Shown: positions 21,439 through 31,622 of the stretch, in pieces | How positions within the stretch are numbered: position 1 is the stretch's first letter | Layout of the letters: each line of letters opens with the position of its first letter | NCBI GenBank assembly: GCA_965198005.1 | Contig: CBDAOI010000003.1 | Span: 704,001-768,000 of the forward strand | Length of the DNA: 64,000 nt | Direction: 5' to 3' | Source: Spirochaetia bacterium | Lineage (GTDB): Bacteria > Spirochaetota > Spirochaetia > SZUA-6 > Bin103 | Position numbers and translations under genes: made by a program | The notes under the pieces: model-generated | Database searches by the model: none | What the model was told of the DNA's origin: nothing | What the model saw: only the letters and a program-made list of their open reading frames with translations

Positions 21439-21685
21439 GTCATCCTACATCGACATCCAAGCTCGGTTCCGAGGGACCTCGGCGGGTTGACGGTTCGACT
21501 CCCGGTCCACCGGCGCGCCTCGAATGCAGGCGCAGTTTCGCCACGGGCTGCTATACCAATGTGGATACGCTTGCAGAGGGGCAGTCGACTGTCAACCGCG
21601 CCGGCACCGAACCACCCGCCACAACCCGCCACCCGGAGCCTGACCACCAAGCGAGGATCCGCCGGCGGGCCTTGCATGCGGTCCC

Positions 21686-22020
21686 TTACTCAGGGCTTAC
21701 CAACTCCGTGGCGGCGGGACCTGAGCCCCCGTAGCGGCCGGAGGTGCCGCGCAGCCGCGGGTCGAGCAGGTCGCGGACCGCGTCGCCCACCATGTTGAGG
21801 CAGTACACCGTCACCGTGAGGAACAGACCGGGCCACAGCGCCAGCCGCGGCGCCAGCTCCATGTACCTTCGCCCCTCGCGGCTCAGCATGCCGCCCCAGT
21901 TCGGCACGTTCACCGGCAGGCCGAAACCGAGGAAGCTCAAGCTGGCCTCGGCGATGATCACGCTGCCGAGGCGCAACATATACGTTCGTCCCTCGAGGCT
22001 GAGCATGCCGCCCCAGCTCG
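21686..22020 (-). pseudogene. DppC-like permease 3' fragment with internal rearrangement
   Basis: EASLSFLGFGLP...DAVRDLLDPRLRG; partially duplicated WGGMLS segment. Confidence 0.8.
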
Positions 22021-22464
22021 GCGGTGGCGGCGGTATGCCGAAGCCACTTCTCCGGTAAGAGGTTAGCCGATCCCGTCCGTGCTCTCCGGGGCGGCTGGTG
22101 ATGGGCCGGCCAGCGCGGTGCGGGCCGCCTGCAGCAGTTCGATCAGCACCGGACGCGCCTGGTCGGGGCCGGTGAGCGGCGCGGGAAACGGCAGCCGGGC
22201 CAGCCGCGGTCCGGGCGGGGTGTGGATGCGCAAGTCACGCCGTAGCGGTCCTGCGGCCGCTGAGGTCGTCAACTATCGAGCAGCCAAGCCAGCAGCGCTA
22301 CCGGAATGGCTGCAACCTCGGGATCGTCGAGGTTCAACTCGGAGCGCGTGGCCACAATGCCGCGCCATCCGGTGTCCTGGGCGGGCCGATCGCCATCCAT
22401 CTCCTCGCCGCACTCCGGTCGCTGATCTATCCGCCCCGCAAATACCATCGCCAACAGGGGAGCA

Positions 22465-22760
22465 ATGGCTGACGCACAAATGGACTACCTCGATGACGAG
22501 GAACGAGAGCTCATAGAGAGTATCGAGGGAGCACCCCACTCCGGCGAGCGGCTCGATCCAGAGAACGACAACAGATTCCGGGAGTTGCTGAAGGTCGCCG
22601 CGCGCAGGAAGCCGAAGGACACCAAGATCACCCTGCGGATAGCGTCCGCGATCTGGTGGCTATCAAGGCACTGGCGCGTCGGCTCGGCGTCGAATACCAA
22701 CCGCTCATCGTAGAGGTGATTCACCAATATGCGCGCGGCCAGCTCAAACGCTCCGGCTGA
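22465..22760 (+). pseudogene. CopG/BrnA-like antitoxin, frameshifted
   Basis: LDDEERELIESIE...KDTKITLRI, continuing in another frame as LVAIKALARRLGVEYQPLIVEVIHQYA. Confidence 0.65.
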
Positions 22761-23140
22761 CGCCGACGAGTCTTGATGTCAGCGTGGCGTAACGGCGCCC
22801 TGCAGCGTTAACCGCACGCGCCCGTTCGCACGCTATCAGTACCAGCTCCCCCGGTTGGACGAGTTCCGAACCTACTGCTACAGCCATCACTTGGCTGAGG
22901 TGCCGGCAGCGTCGCGCGCGACGTAGAGCGAGCACGAGCTGAACTGTGCGCCAAGGCCCCTTGAGAGGAAAGGAGGTCGTCGAGGGCGAGGTGGGGAAGG
23001 GTATGTCGTAACGACCCGCGAGGGCTATCAAGTCCTTCCGAGAACGCGCACACTGTCCGCAAATCGGTGTCGTCACGTCGAGTTGCTGCAATTGCAGAAG
23101 CGGCGCGATAGGTCCAGCGGTGTAATCTGCAGAGAAGATT

Positions 23141-23421
23141 GTGGTGCTAACGTTCGAGTGGGATGACGGGAAAGCGGACGCCAACGCGCGGAAGCACGGC
23201 GTACGCTTCGAGGAGGCGGCGCCGGCTTTGGCGACGCGCTGTCGGTGACGGTTGCTGACCCGGACCAGTCGCTTGATGAGGATCGGTTCATTCTATTGGG
23301 TGTCACCGAGCGAGACCGGCTGGTAGTTGTCGCTCACACGTTGCGTGGCGACACTATCCGCATGATCAACGCTCGACTGGCGACAGCCGGAGAACGGCGA
23401 GACTATGAAGAAGGAAGCTGA
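23141..23421 (+). pseudogene. brnT: BrnT-family toxin (one frameshift)
   Basis: Manual translation: FEWDDGKADANARKHGVRFEEA / FGDALSVTVADPDQSLDEDRFILLG...LVVVAHT...IRMINAR...ERRDYE. Confidence 0.8.
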
Positions 23422-23616
23422 CAAAGCCGGTGCCGACGAGCTGCGCGAGGAGTACGACTTCTCGCGTGGAGTCCGTGGCAAATATGCCCTTCCGAGGGCA
23501 CCAACATCATCATCCTCGATGCGGACGTCGCCAAGGTGTTTCGTGACTCGGAGTCGGTAAACAAAGCACTGCGCGCACTGGTGGAGGTGGCGAACAAGAC
23601 GGCAGCTGGTAGCTGA
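23405..23616 (+). pseudogene. BrnA-like antitoxin (small deletion or frameshift)
   Basis: DELREEYDFSRGVRGKYA / ILDADVAKVFRDSESVNKALRAL; overlaps the toxin stop. Confidence 0.75.
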
Positions 23617-23789
23617 CTATCGCTGGCCGCCGGCCGTCGGGAAGAAACGGGCCTGCCGCCAGACCGTTACCAACTCCCTGGTCGCGCCGCTCAGCGACGG
23701 CAGTCCGGGCTTCGCGGTATCTCTGCCCTCACATCACAAGCGGCTACGGGGCTCCGATACCAAGGCCCACGTGCGCCGCTTTGAGCTGA

Positions 23790-24626
23790 CTGGTGAGCTC
23801 GTTGGCTGCCAGCCGGTGCCCTGTCGATAGAACACGTAATCCGGCAGCGCGAAGTCGTTGCCCGACACGATGTCGAGGAGACCGTCGCCGTTCAGGTCGA
23901 TAATCGTAACCGCCAGTGCTTGCGACGCGCCACTCAGCCGCAGCGGCAACAGGGCCGAACCGTTGTTCTCGTAGACGAACAGCCCGCCGTGCGCCGGCAG
24001 CTCGCGTTGACCGCCGGTGGCTGTGTACGGCTCGCGGGCGAGCAGCTCGCTGTTGTACGACGCGCCGACCATGTCGAGGTCTTGGTCGCCGTCCAGGTCG
24101 GCCCAGGCCATGGCGTAGATGGGAAAGCGCCCCGCGAAGTCCGTCTCGTCGACGCGCGCGAACATCCGCGCGCCACCCCCACCGCGCCACCAGGATGGAG
24201 CGGCACTCGCGCGGGTGAACACCAGATCGACGGCGTCGTCGGCGTCGACATCGACCGCAGCGACGGCGCGGGTGGCCGTCTCCTCCAGCACGGCACGCTC
24301 GAAGGCGAGCCCACCGCTGCCACCGCGGTTCCACAGCAGCGTCACCGGCGTGCGCAACCCGGCCAGGGCGATGTCGATGCGACCGTCGCCGTCGAGGTCG
24401 GCGAGCGCCACCGGCGCCCCGTTGCTGTCGAAGAAACGAGCCGGCTGATCGGTAGCCTGCGTCGTGTGGAGCAAAAGGTGGCGGACGAAGCGCCCGGTGC
24501 ATTCGCCGGGATCGGCTAGCGGCGAGTGCTCCACCGTAACCTGCCCCCCACCCACCGAGCGGGAGCGCCCAGCCCCCTACCAGCAGGAGAGCGATCAACA
24601 GGATACGCCGGCCGGCGCTACCCACC
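23790..24626 (-). pseudogene. Secreted FG-GAP repeat (CRTAC1-like) protein, 3'-truncated
   Basis: ADLDGDGRID, ADLDGDQDLD, DLNGDGLLDI..GNDF; signal peptide RRILLIALLLVGG split by a homopolymer frameshift; overlaps the dppC stop. Confidence 0.75.
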
Positions 24627-25514
24627 CCTGAGCCGCGGGTCGAGTAGATCGCGCAGCGCATCGCCAAACATGTTGAGGCTGTAGATGACGATGGTGAGGC
24701 ACAGCCCCGGCCACAGCGCCAGCCAGGGCGCCGACTCCATATACTGCATTCCCTCTCGGCTGAGCATCGTGCCCCAGTCCGGCGTGCTCGGCGGCAGGCC
24801 GTAGCCGAGAAAGCCCAGCGATGCAGCCGACAGGATGTTGCCGCCAATGCCCACCGAGAACACGATGAGCATCGGCGCCATGATGTTCGGCAGGACGTGT
24901 CGGAACAACGTCACCCTTAGCGGGGTGCCGATGGCGCGCGCCGCCTGGAAGTAGTCGTTCTCTTTGATCGCGACCACGGCTCCCCGCGGCACACGCGAGC
25001 CGCTGATGCCACCCGAGACGCCGAGCACGACAATGATCTGCACCAGGCCGGGGCCGGTCAGCGACACGATCGTCAGCAGCAGGAGCAGGCCCGGGAAGGC
25101 CATCCACGCGTCGACGAACCGCTGCACCGCCAGGTCAATCCTGCCGCCGACGAAGCCCGACGTGCCGCCAACCAGAATCGCGACGACGATGTTGAGCGTA
25201 GTCGCCGCCAGACCGACGAACAGCGAGATGCGACCGCCGTTGATGAGCCGACTCAACAGATCGCGGCCGACCTGGTCAGTGCCGAGCAGGTACTTCGCCG
25301 ATGGGCCCTGTAGCCTGTCGATCACGTGCAGCTCGTTGTGCGGATACGGCGCGACGGCGTCGGCAAAGATGGCAACGAAGATCAAGATCAGAACGACCAC
25401 GGCTCCCGCCGTTCCCAGTGGCTTGGTCTTGAGCAGCCGAGTCGAGAAGTCGATCAGACCGGTGCGCCGCCTTGCCCTGCGCGTCGTGACAGAGGTCGTT
25501 GTCGAGTCACTCAT
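24618..25514 (-). CDS. DppC-like permease (module 3)
   Basis: LGTDQVGRD, RHVLPNI, DALRDLLDPRLRGG. Confidence 0.93.
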   Translation of the reverse strand: MSDSTTTSVTTRRARRRTGLIDFSTRLLKTKPLGTAGAVVVLILIFVAIFADAVAPYPHNELHVIDRLQGPSAKYLLGTDQVGRDLLSRLINGGRISLFVGLAATTLNIVVAILVGGTSGFVGGRIDLAVQRFVDAWMAFPGLLLLLTIVSLTGPGLVQIIVVLGVSGGISGSRVPRGAVVAIKENDYFQAARAIGTPLRVTLFRHVLPNIMAPMLIVFSVGIGGNILSAASLGFLGYGLPPSTPDWGTMLSREGMQYMESAPWLALWPGLCLTIVIYSLNMFGDALRDLLDPRLRGG

Positions 25515-25526
25515 CGGTCGCCGTCC

Positions 25527-26489
25527 TCACCGGTACCTGACTCTCGGGTCCAGGAACGCGTAGACCACATCGATGAAGATGTTGTTCAAAACCACGACGG
25601 TCCCGAACACCAGATTCACCCCTGATACGACGGTGTAGTCGCGGTCCTGCAACGCGAGCAAGATCAGCCGACCCAGTCCCGGAAGATTGAAGATGTTCTC
25701 CATGATCACCGAGCCACCTACCAGGATTGGCAGCTGGAGGCCGATGAGTGTCACGACGGGAATCAGCGCGTTCTTGATGGCGTGTCTCACGACCACCACG
25801 CGCTCGCGCGCCCCTTTGGCCCACACGGTGCGAATGTAGTCCTGCCTCAGCACCTCGAGCATCATCGTGCGCGTCATGCGCATGACGGCGGCGGCGCCTG
25901 CGGTGCCGAGGATCAGACTGGGAATGAAGAAGCCCGAGAGGTTCCGTAACGGGTTCTCGAAGAACGAGACCAAACGGAGCGGAGGCGACCACCCCCACCA
26001 GATCGCCGGGTAGATCATCACCATGACGCCCAGCCAGAAGTTGGGCGTGGCCAGGCCAAGGATCGCCACCGATCGTCCGATGTAGTCGCCCACCTTGTCC
26101 TGCCTGATAGCGGAGTAGATGCCGACCGGCAGCGCGATGATCAGACCGATCAAGATCGCCAGGAAACCCAGCTCGAACGTGACCGGCACCCGTCCGAGAA
26201 TCCGCTCGCCGACCTCCCAGCCGTGCAGTAGGGATTTGCCGAGGCTGCCGCGCAGAATGATGTCGCCAACCCAGCGCCCATACTGGACGTAGATGGGCTG
26301 GTCGAGCCCGAACGCCTTCTCGACCGCCGCGCGATCCGCATCGAGAATGCCGCCGGTCCGCATCATCTGCTCCATCATCACATCGACGATGTCGCCGGGG
26401 ATGAAGCGGACCGACAGGAACACCAGCATCGACAGGATGACCAGGGTCGGAATCGCAAGCAACAGACGGCGGATTAGGTACGCTCTCAT
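25527..26489 (-). CDS. DppB-like permease (module 3)
   Basis: MRAYLIRRLL, LATPNFWL, DPRVRYR. Confidence 0.94.
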   Translation of the reverse strand: MRAYLIRRLLLAIPTLVILSMLVFLSVRFIPGDIVDVMMEQMMRTGGILDADRAAVEKAFGLDQPIYVQYGRWVGDIILRGSLGKSLLHGWEVGERILGRVPVTFELGFLAILIGLIIALPVGIYSAIRQDKVGDYIGRSVAILGLATPNFWLGVMVMIYPAIWWGWSPPLRLVSFFENPLRNLSGFFIPSLILGTAGAAAVMRMTRTMMLEVLRQDYIRTVWAKGARERVVVVRHAIKNALIPVVTLIGLQLPILVGGSVIMENIFNLPGLGRLILLALQDRDYTVVSGVNLVFGTVVVLNNIFIDVVYAFLDPRVRYR

Positions 26490-26709
26490 CTCACCTGGCA
26501 GCCGTAGATGTTGTGTGGCACGCGGATCCCACTGCTATCTCTCACGGCGAGCCCACATGGCTTGCTTCATTAGAACGGATCGCACCGTCTGTGAGAAATC
26601 CGCGGAAGCGTGATCTTACCGGAGACCACGCTCCCGCCATACCGGTCCTTGGGAAATTGCAGAGTCCGCCCTGATGCGGGTCCACTGCAGACCGCCAAAG
26701 GCGGTTTGC

Positions 26710-28190
26710 TCAGAATCCCATTTCCCGCTTCAGATCCTGATCGATCCAGAGGCGCGAGTAGATCAGGGAACGGTCCATGTCGCCGGGGTCGGCCTCGCCG
26801 TTGTAGCCCTTCACCCATGGCCAGAACACGTTGAACTGCGGCACGCGCGCGCCCCAGATCGCAACGTGCTGACGGTTGAGATAATCTGAGGCCTCCCTCG
26901 AGAGCCTCTGGCGCTCCTCCAACGTGGTGGCCGCCTGCACGCGGCTGACCATCTCGTCGTAGACCGGATCGTTGAGGAATGTATGGCTCAATCCCGCGTA
27001 GCTGACGTGACTCAGGAGCTGACCCGTGGGATTCCATTCGTATCCAGAAACCAACATGCGGAGGTCGTAGTCCTTCGCGGCGCGCCGAGCGTTCACTACA
27101 GCCCCCTCGAGATAGGAGATCGTCACATCAATGCCGATCTCTCGCCAGCCCGCCGCCAGGAGCTCATTCCAGCCTTGGTCGCCCCACGTTGGTGTAGAGA
27201 TCATCTCCATCTCGAAGCGGGTCCCGTCGGCGCCGCGCGATAAGCCGGCTTCGTCGAGCAGCCTCTCGGCCTCGGCCGGATTGTAGGAATACGCCGCCTT
27301 GAGGTCCGCCGGCCAGTCCTCGTAGCGAGTCATGTAGGGATACAGGGCACGCCCCATCCACCCCTGTGGCTGGGTGACTGCATAGCCCTTGAAGTAGGTC
27401 TCGCCCCAGCCCTCGATGTCGAGGGCCAACTGCAGGGCGCGGCGCACGCGGACGTCGTCCAAGGGGGGCTTGCTCGTGTTGACTAGGGGGGACGTCTCAG
27501 ATCGGTACGAGTAGGCCTCCACGACGATGTCGGGGTTGGTGCGCTGCAGGCTCTCCATCTGGTCGATTGACGTGATCTGCGCATTGCCATGGAAGCCGAG
27601 GAAATCGACCCTTCCGGAGCGCAAAGCCGCCAGACGCGTCTGCGACTCCGGCATCACCTGCATGTTGATCGTATCGATGTAGGGCAGCCGGTTCTGTGGG
27701 AACTTCTCGTCGAAGCCCCAGTAGTCAGGGGCCTTGTCCCAGGTGATGGAGCTGCCTTCCACCCAGTCGGTAAGCTCATAGGGTCCGGTGCCTACCAGGT
27801 TTTGCCAATCGCCGATATCGACTCCGGTCCCCGCCTGAATCACCTCTGGCGGATAGATGAACAGCACGTTTTGCGTCAGGAGCGTCTTCAGCGCGTCGAG
27901 GTTCTGCTCCGCCAGCTTGAAGACGACGGTGTTGCCCTGGGCCGTTACGGAGGTGATGCCGAGGTCGTCCACGGACGCCACGGCGGCGACGCCTTCCGGT
28001 ACCTCGGTGAAGCCGCTGCCGAGCCCGAGGTAGCGGTGGAAGTTGAACTCCACATCCTTCGCGGTCAGCGCGCGGCCGTTCATCGGCGCCTTGTCGTGCC
28101 AGTTCACGCCCTGACGGATGTGAAAGACGATGGTGGTCGGGTCGGGCTGCTCCCAGCGCTCGGCCAGGCGGCCGACGATGATGTCGTCGG
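26710..28190 (-). pseudogene. Peptide ABC substrate-binding protein (module 3), N-terminus deleted
   Basis: GRLAERWEQPD, WHDKAPMNGR, LVGTGPY; joined directly to the leader element, with no signal peptide. Confidence 0.88.
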
Positions 28191-28195
28191 GCGAA

Positions 28196-28347
28196 GCGGA
28201 TTGCCGCTCCCTGGCTACTCTCACGCGCGCAACGCTTGCTGCCAGTCTGAGTCAAATTCTCAGCAGCGCGCGGCGTGTGACTCACCGGGTTCACCCGGGC
28301 TCACGTCGCGCGCGCGTGCGGTTCTTTCAGTATCATCTTCACCTCCT
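28196..28347 (-). promoter_or_regulatory. Conserved leader A with SD + 11-aa uORF MILKEPHARAT (28301-28336) and a GC hairpin
   Basis: Homologous to 56776-56930, which lies upstream of the module 7 SBP. Confidence 0.55.
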
Positions 28348-28764
28348 TCTTGGGGCACAGGGTGCCCTGCCAGATGCCTGACGTAAGATGGGATACGCGT
28401 GCGCGGCCCATCATGCAAACGCCCACCGCTCGGCGGGCGTCGGGACCTGCGTCACAACGCCACGCGGGGCGGTGGTCGACGAAGGAGCGAGTCTGAATGG
28501 CCGGCAACGCCGGCGGTGGGTTTTGCTGGCAGTCGGTCGCGGGCGGGGATCCGCGACGGTTGCGGTCGCCGGGAAGGGCGCGCGCGGTCTGCATGCCGGT
28601 TCGGCGATGGACGGAGCCGGTGCCACCGACAGCTACGGCGGTGGTGAAGGCGACGGCGTGCGCGGGGTCGCGTAGGGGGCGATCAGCCCGAGCGGTTAGT
28701 TGTTTCTCGGTTTGAAAAAGTGGGGGGGGGGGGGGGGGGTATGATGCAACTGTCGCGTCACAGC

Positions 28765-29247
28765 GAACCGATCACTGCGCTGCCTGTCATCGTGACGCTT
28801 CATGACCATCCGTCAAACCCCAGGTGAGGCACGCTAGCATAGGCGCGGCGCGCCGTCAACGACTCGTGGGGGTCACCGGGGTGAGCGAAGGTCACCGGCA
28901 ACCCGTCACTGCGCTGACTGTCATCATGGCGCTTCATCGGCATCCGTCGACCCCAAGCCAAGCATGATAGCGTGGGCGCGGCGCACTGTCAACGACTCGG
29001 AGCTCACCAAACGTGACCGCCAACCGGCCACTGCGCTGACTGTCATCATGGCGTTTCATCACCGTTCCATCGGACCCCAAGCGAAGCAAGCTTCGCTCTG
29101 GACGCGGCCACCCTGTCAACGACTCGGACGTCACCGACCGTGACCGCCAACCGGTCACTGCGCTGACTGTCGTCATGGCGCGTCATCATCGATCGGTCGA
29201 ACCCCAAGCGAGGCAAGCATGCTATGGACGCGACCACCCTGTCAACA
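28765..29247 (-). repeat. Tandem array of four ~122-134 bp repeats, each with a sigma70-like -35 box
   Basis: Core CACTGCGCTG(A/C)CTGTC at ~28773, 28907, 29029 and 29156; TTGAC(A/G) on the minus strand at 28859, 28992, 29119 and 29245. Confidence 0.85.
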
Positions 29248-29249
29248 GC

Positions 29250-29614
29250 GCCGACCCGTGCAGCCCCGCCGCCTCGAACCGGGCGACCATGGTGTCGGCC
29301 TCCGCCAGGCTGGCAGCCATCGGCTTCTCGCACACGACATGCGCGCCATGATCGGCGGCCAACAGCGACAGTGCTGCGTGGCTCGACGCATGCGTCGCGA
29401 TGGCGACGATGTCGAGATCCTCCGTGCGGAACATCTGCGCCGCGTCGGCGTAGCTCGTGACGCCCGGCCAATCCTGCTCGGCCCGTGCGCGCGCCTCCGC
29501 TACCTCATCGGCGACCGCGACCAGGCGGATGCGCTCCAGCCCAGCCATCACCTCCGCGTGGCGGGCCCCGAGGTTGCCGTAGCCGACCCCGGCGCCGCGA
29601 TACCTGCTTTCCAT
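29250..29614 (-). pseudogene. Gfo/Idh/MocA oxidoreductase, N-terminal fragment
   Basis: GVGYGNLG..H, DIVAIAT..SSH, HVVCEKPMA. Confidence 0.85.
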
Positions 29615-29643
29615 TCGGCGAGCGGTAGCTGGGCGAAGCCGAG

Positions 29644-30573
29644 CTACGCCTGCTTCTTCACCGGCTCGCGGCCGAGGCGCCCCCCGCCACCCCGCAGCCG
29701 CGGGTCGAGCAGGTCTCTGACCGCGTCGCCGAACATGTTCAGGCAGTACACCAGCACGGTCAGGAAGATGCCGGGCCAGAACGCCAGCCACGGCGCCTGC
29801 TCCATGTACTCGCGCCCTTCGCGGCTCAGCATCCCACCCCAGCTGGGAACCTCCAGTGGCAGACCGAAGCCGAGAAAGCTCAGCGAGGCCTCACTGATGA
29901 TTACCGCACCGATGTTGATACTGAAGACGATGATCACCGGCGCGACGATGTTGGGCACGACGTGGCGAATCAACGTCATTCCCCTCGATGACCCAATCGC
30001 CTCGGCCGCCTGAAAGTAGACATTCTCCTTGATGGCGATGACGGCGCTGCGGACCACCCTCGAGCCGCCGATGCCGCCGGTTACGCCGAGGACCACGATG
30101 GTCTGCACCAGCCCCTGCCCGACGATGGACATGATGGTCAACAGGATCAGCAGTCCGGGTATCGATACCCAGGCATCGACGAATCGTTGGGTCGCCAGGT
30201 CCACCTTACCGCCAACGAAGCCGGAGGCACCGCCGATCACCAGGGCGACCACGACGTTGAGGGCGGTCGCGGCCAGGCCAACGGTCAGCGAAACCCGCGC
30301 GCCGTAAATCAGGCGGGTCAGCAGGTCGCGTCCGATATGATCGGTGCCGAGCAGAAAGCGCGCCGAGGGCCCGCTGAGCCGATCGGCCAGGCTCATCTCC
30401 AGCATTCCGTAGGGAGCCAGCGCGTCGGCGAAGATGGCGGTCAGCGCGAACAGCACGATGATGATCCCACTGGCGGTTCCCAGGGGTTTCTCCTTCCACA
30501 GCCGAGCGAAGAAGTAGGCGGCGCCGGTGCGGGTCTTCGGCTCGCTCACCGCGGTGGTCTGTCTGTCACTCAT
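29644..30573 (-). CDS. DppC-like permease (module 4)
   Basis: Permease motifs; near-identical to modules 2 and 5. Confidence 0.94.
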   Translation of the reverse strand: MSDRQTTAVSEPKTRTGAAYFFARLWKEKPLGTASGIIIVLFALTAIFADALAPYGMLEMSLADRLSGPSARFLLGTDHIGRDLLTRLIYGARVSLTVGLAATALNVVVALVIGGASGFVGGKVDLATQRFVDAWVSIPGLLILLTIMSIVGQGLVQTIVVLGVTGGIGGSRVVRSAVIAIKENVYFQAAEAIGSSRGMTLIRHVVPNIVAPVIIVFSINIGAVIISEASLSFLGFGLPLEVPSWGGMLSREGREYMEQAPWLAFWPGIFLTVLVYCLNMFGDAVRDLLDPRLRGGGGRLGREPVKKQA

Positions 30574-31522
30574 AGCGGATTCTCGGATCGAGGAACCCGT
30601 ACGTCAGGTCGATGAGCACGTTCCCCACCACGACGAAGCTGCCAAACAGCAGGTTGATTCCCGAGACCACTGTGTAGTCTCGGTCTTCGAGAGCATTCAG
30701 CATCAGACGACCCAGCCCAGGCAGATTGAAGATGTTCTCCATGATGACCGAGCCGCCCACCAGGATGGGCAGCTGCAAGCCCACCAGCGTAATCACCGGG
30801 ATGATGGCGTTCTTGACCGCGTGCCGCACGACCACCGCCCGCTCCTTCAGACCCTTGGACCAGGCGGTACGGACATAGTCCTGCCGCAGCACCTCCAACA
30901 TCATGGTGCGTGTCATCCGCATGGTGGCCGCGGCCATCGCCGTTCCCAGGATGGCGCCGGGAATGATGAACATCCCCAGGTTCCCCAGCGGGTCGGCGCT
31001 GAACCGGATGAGGCGCATCGGTGGTGACCAGCCCCACCAGATTGCCGGGTAGAGCATGACCATCACCGCCAGCCAGAAGTTGGGCGTTGCCAGGCCGATG
31101 ACGGCAACCGAGCGTCCCACGTAGTCGGCGGCGGTATCCTGGCGGATCGCCGAGTAGATGCCCACCGGCAGGGCGATCAGCAGCCCGATCACCAGCGCCG
31201 TCACGCCGAGCTGAATCGTCACCGGCAACCTACCCGCTATCTTCTCGTTTACGGAGAAGCGGCCGAGCAGGGATTGACCCAGGCTCCCGTGCAGCACGAT
31301 GTCGCCCAGCCAGCGCGCGTACTGCACGGGAATGGGCTGGTCCAAGCCGAGCTTGCGCTCGAGAGCTTCGCGGTCGATCTCGCCGGCGGTGAAGGCGTAC
31401 TCTTCCTGCATGGCGTCGATGACATCGCCGGGGATGAACCGGACCAGCAGAAAGACGATCATGCTCAGGATCAGGAGCGTAGGGACGACCAGCAGCACCC
31501 TTCTGATGACGTACGCTCTCAT
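30566..31522 (-). CDS. DppB-like permease (module 4)
   Basis: Protein identical to module 5 and one residue different from module 2. Confidence 0.94.
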   Translation of the reverse strand: MRAYVIRRVLLVVPTLLILSMIVFLLVRFIPGDVIDAMQEEYAFTAGEIDREALERKLGLDQPIPVQYARWLGDIVLHGSLGQSLLGRFSVNEKIAGRLPVTIQLGVTALVIGLLIALPVGIYSAIRQDTAADYVGRSVAVIGLATPNFWLAVMVMLYPAIWWGWSPPMRLIRFSADPLGNLGMFIIPGAILGTAMAAATMRMTRTMMLEVLRQDYVRTAWSKGLKERAVVVRHAVKNAIIPVITLVGLQLPILVGGSVIMENIFNLPGLGRLMLNALEDRDYTVVSGINLLFGSFVVVGNVLIDLTYGFLDPRIRYE

Positions 31523-31622
31523 GGCAGATACCTGGCTGTTATCACGCGGCGTGCGGAGATGAGAGGGGAGCCGGGAAACGCTCCCGACTCCCCTAGGTCA
31601 CGATTGACTAGCGATACCTGAG

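Noticed and set aside
20392-23700. Integron cassette array of TA genes
   Set aside because: No convincing paired RYYYAAC/GTTRRRY attC sites and no IntI-specific integrase
28700-28740. Poly-G tract as a phase-variation or G-quadruplex element
   Set aside because: It sits in a low-complexity stretch resembling the degraded window start and is more likely a sequencing or junction artefact
28765-29247. CRISPR array
   Set aside because: Units are ~125 bp and similar along their whole length, with no identical 25-45 bp repeats plus unique spacers and no cas genes
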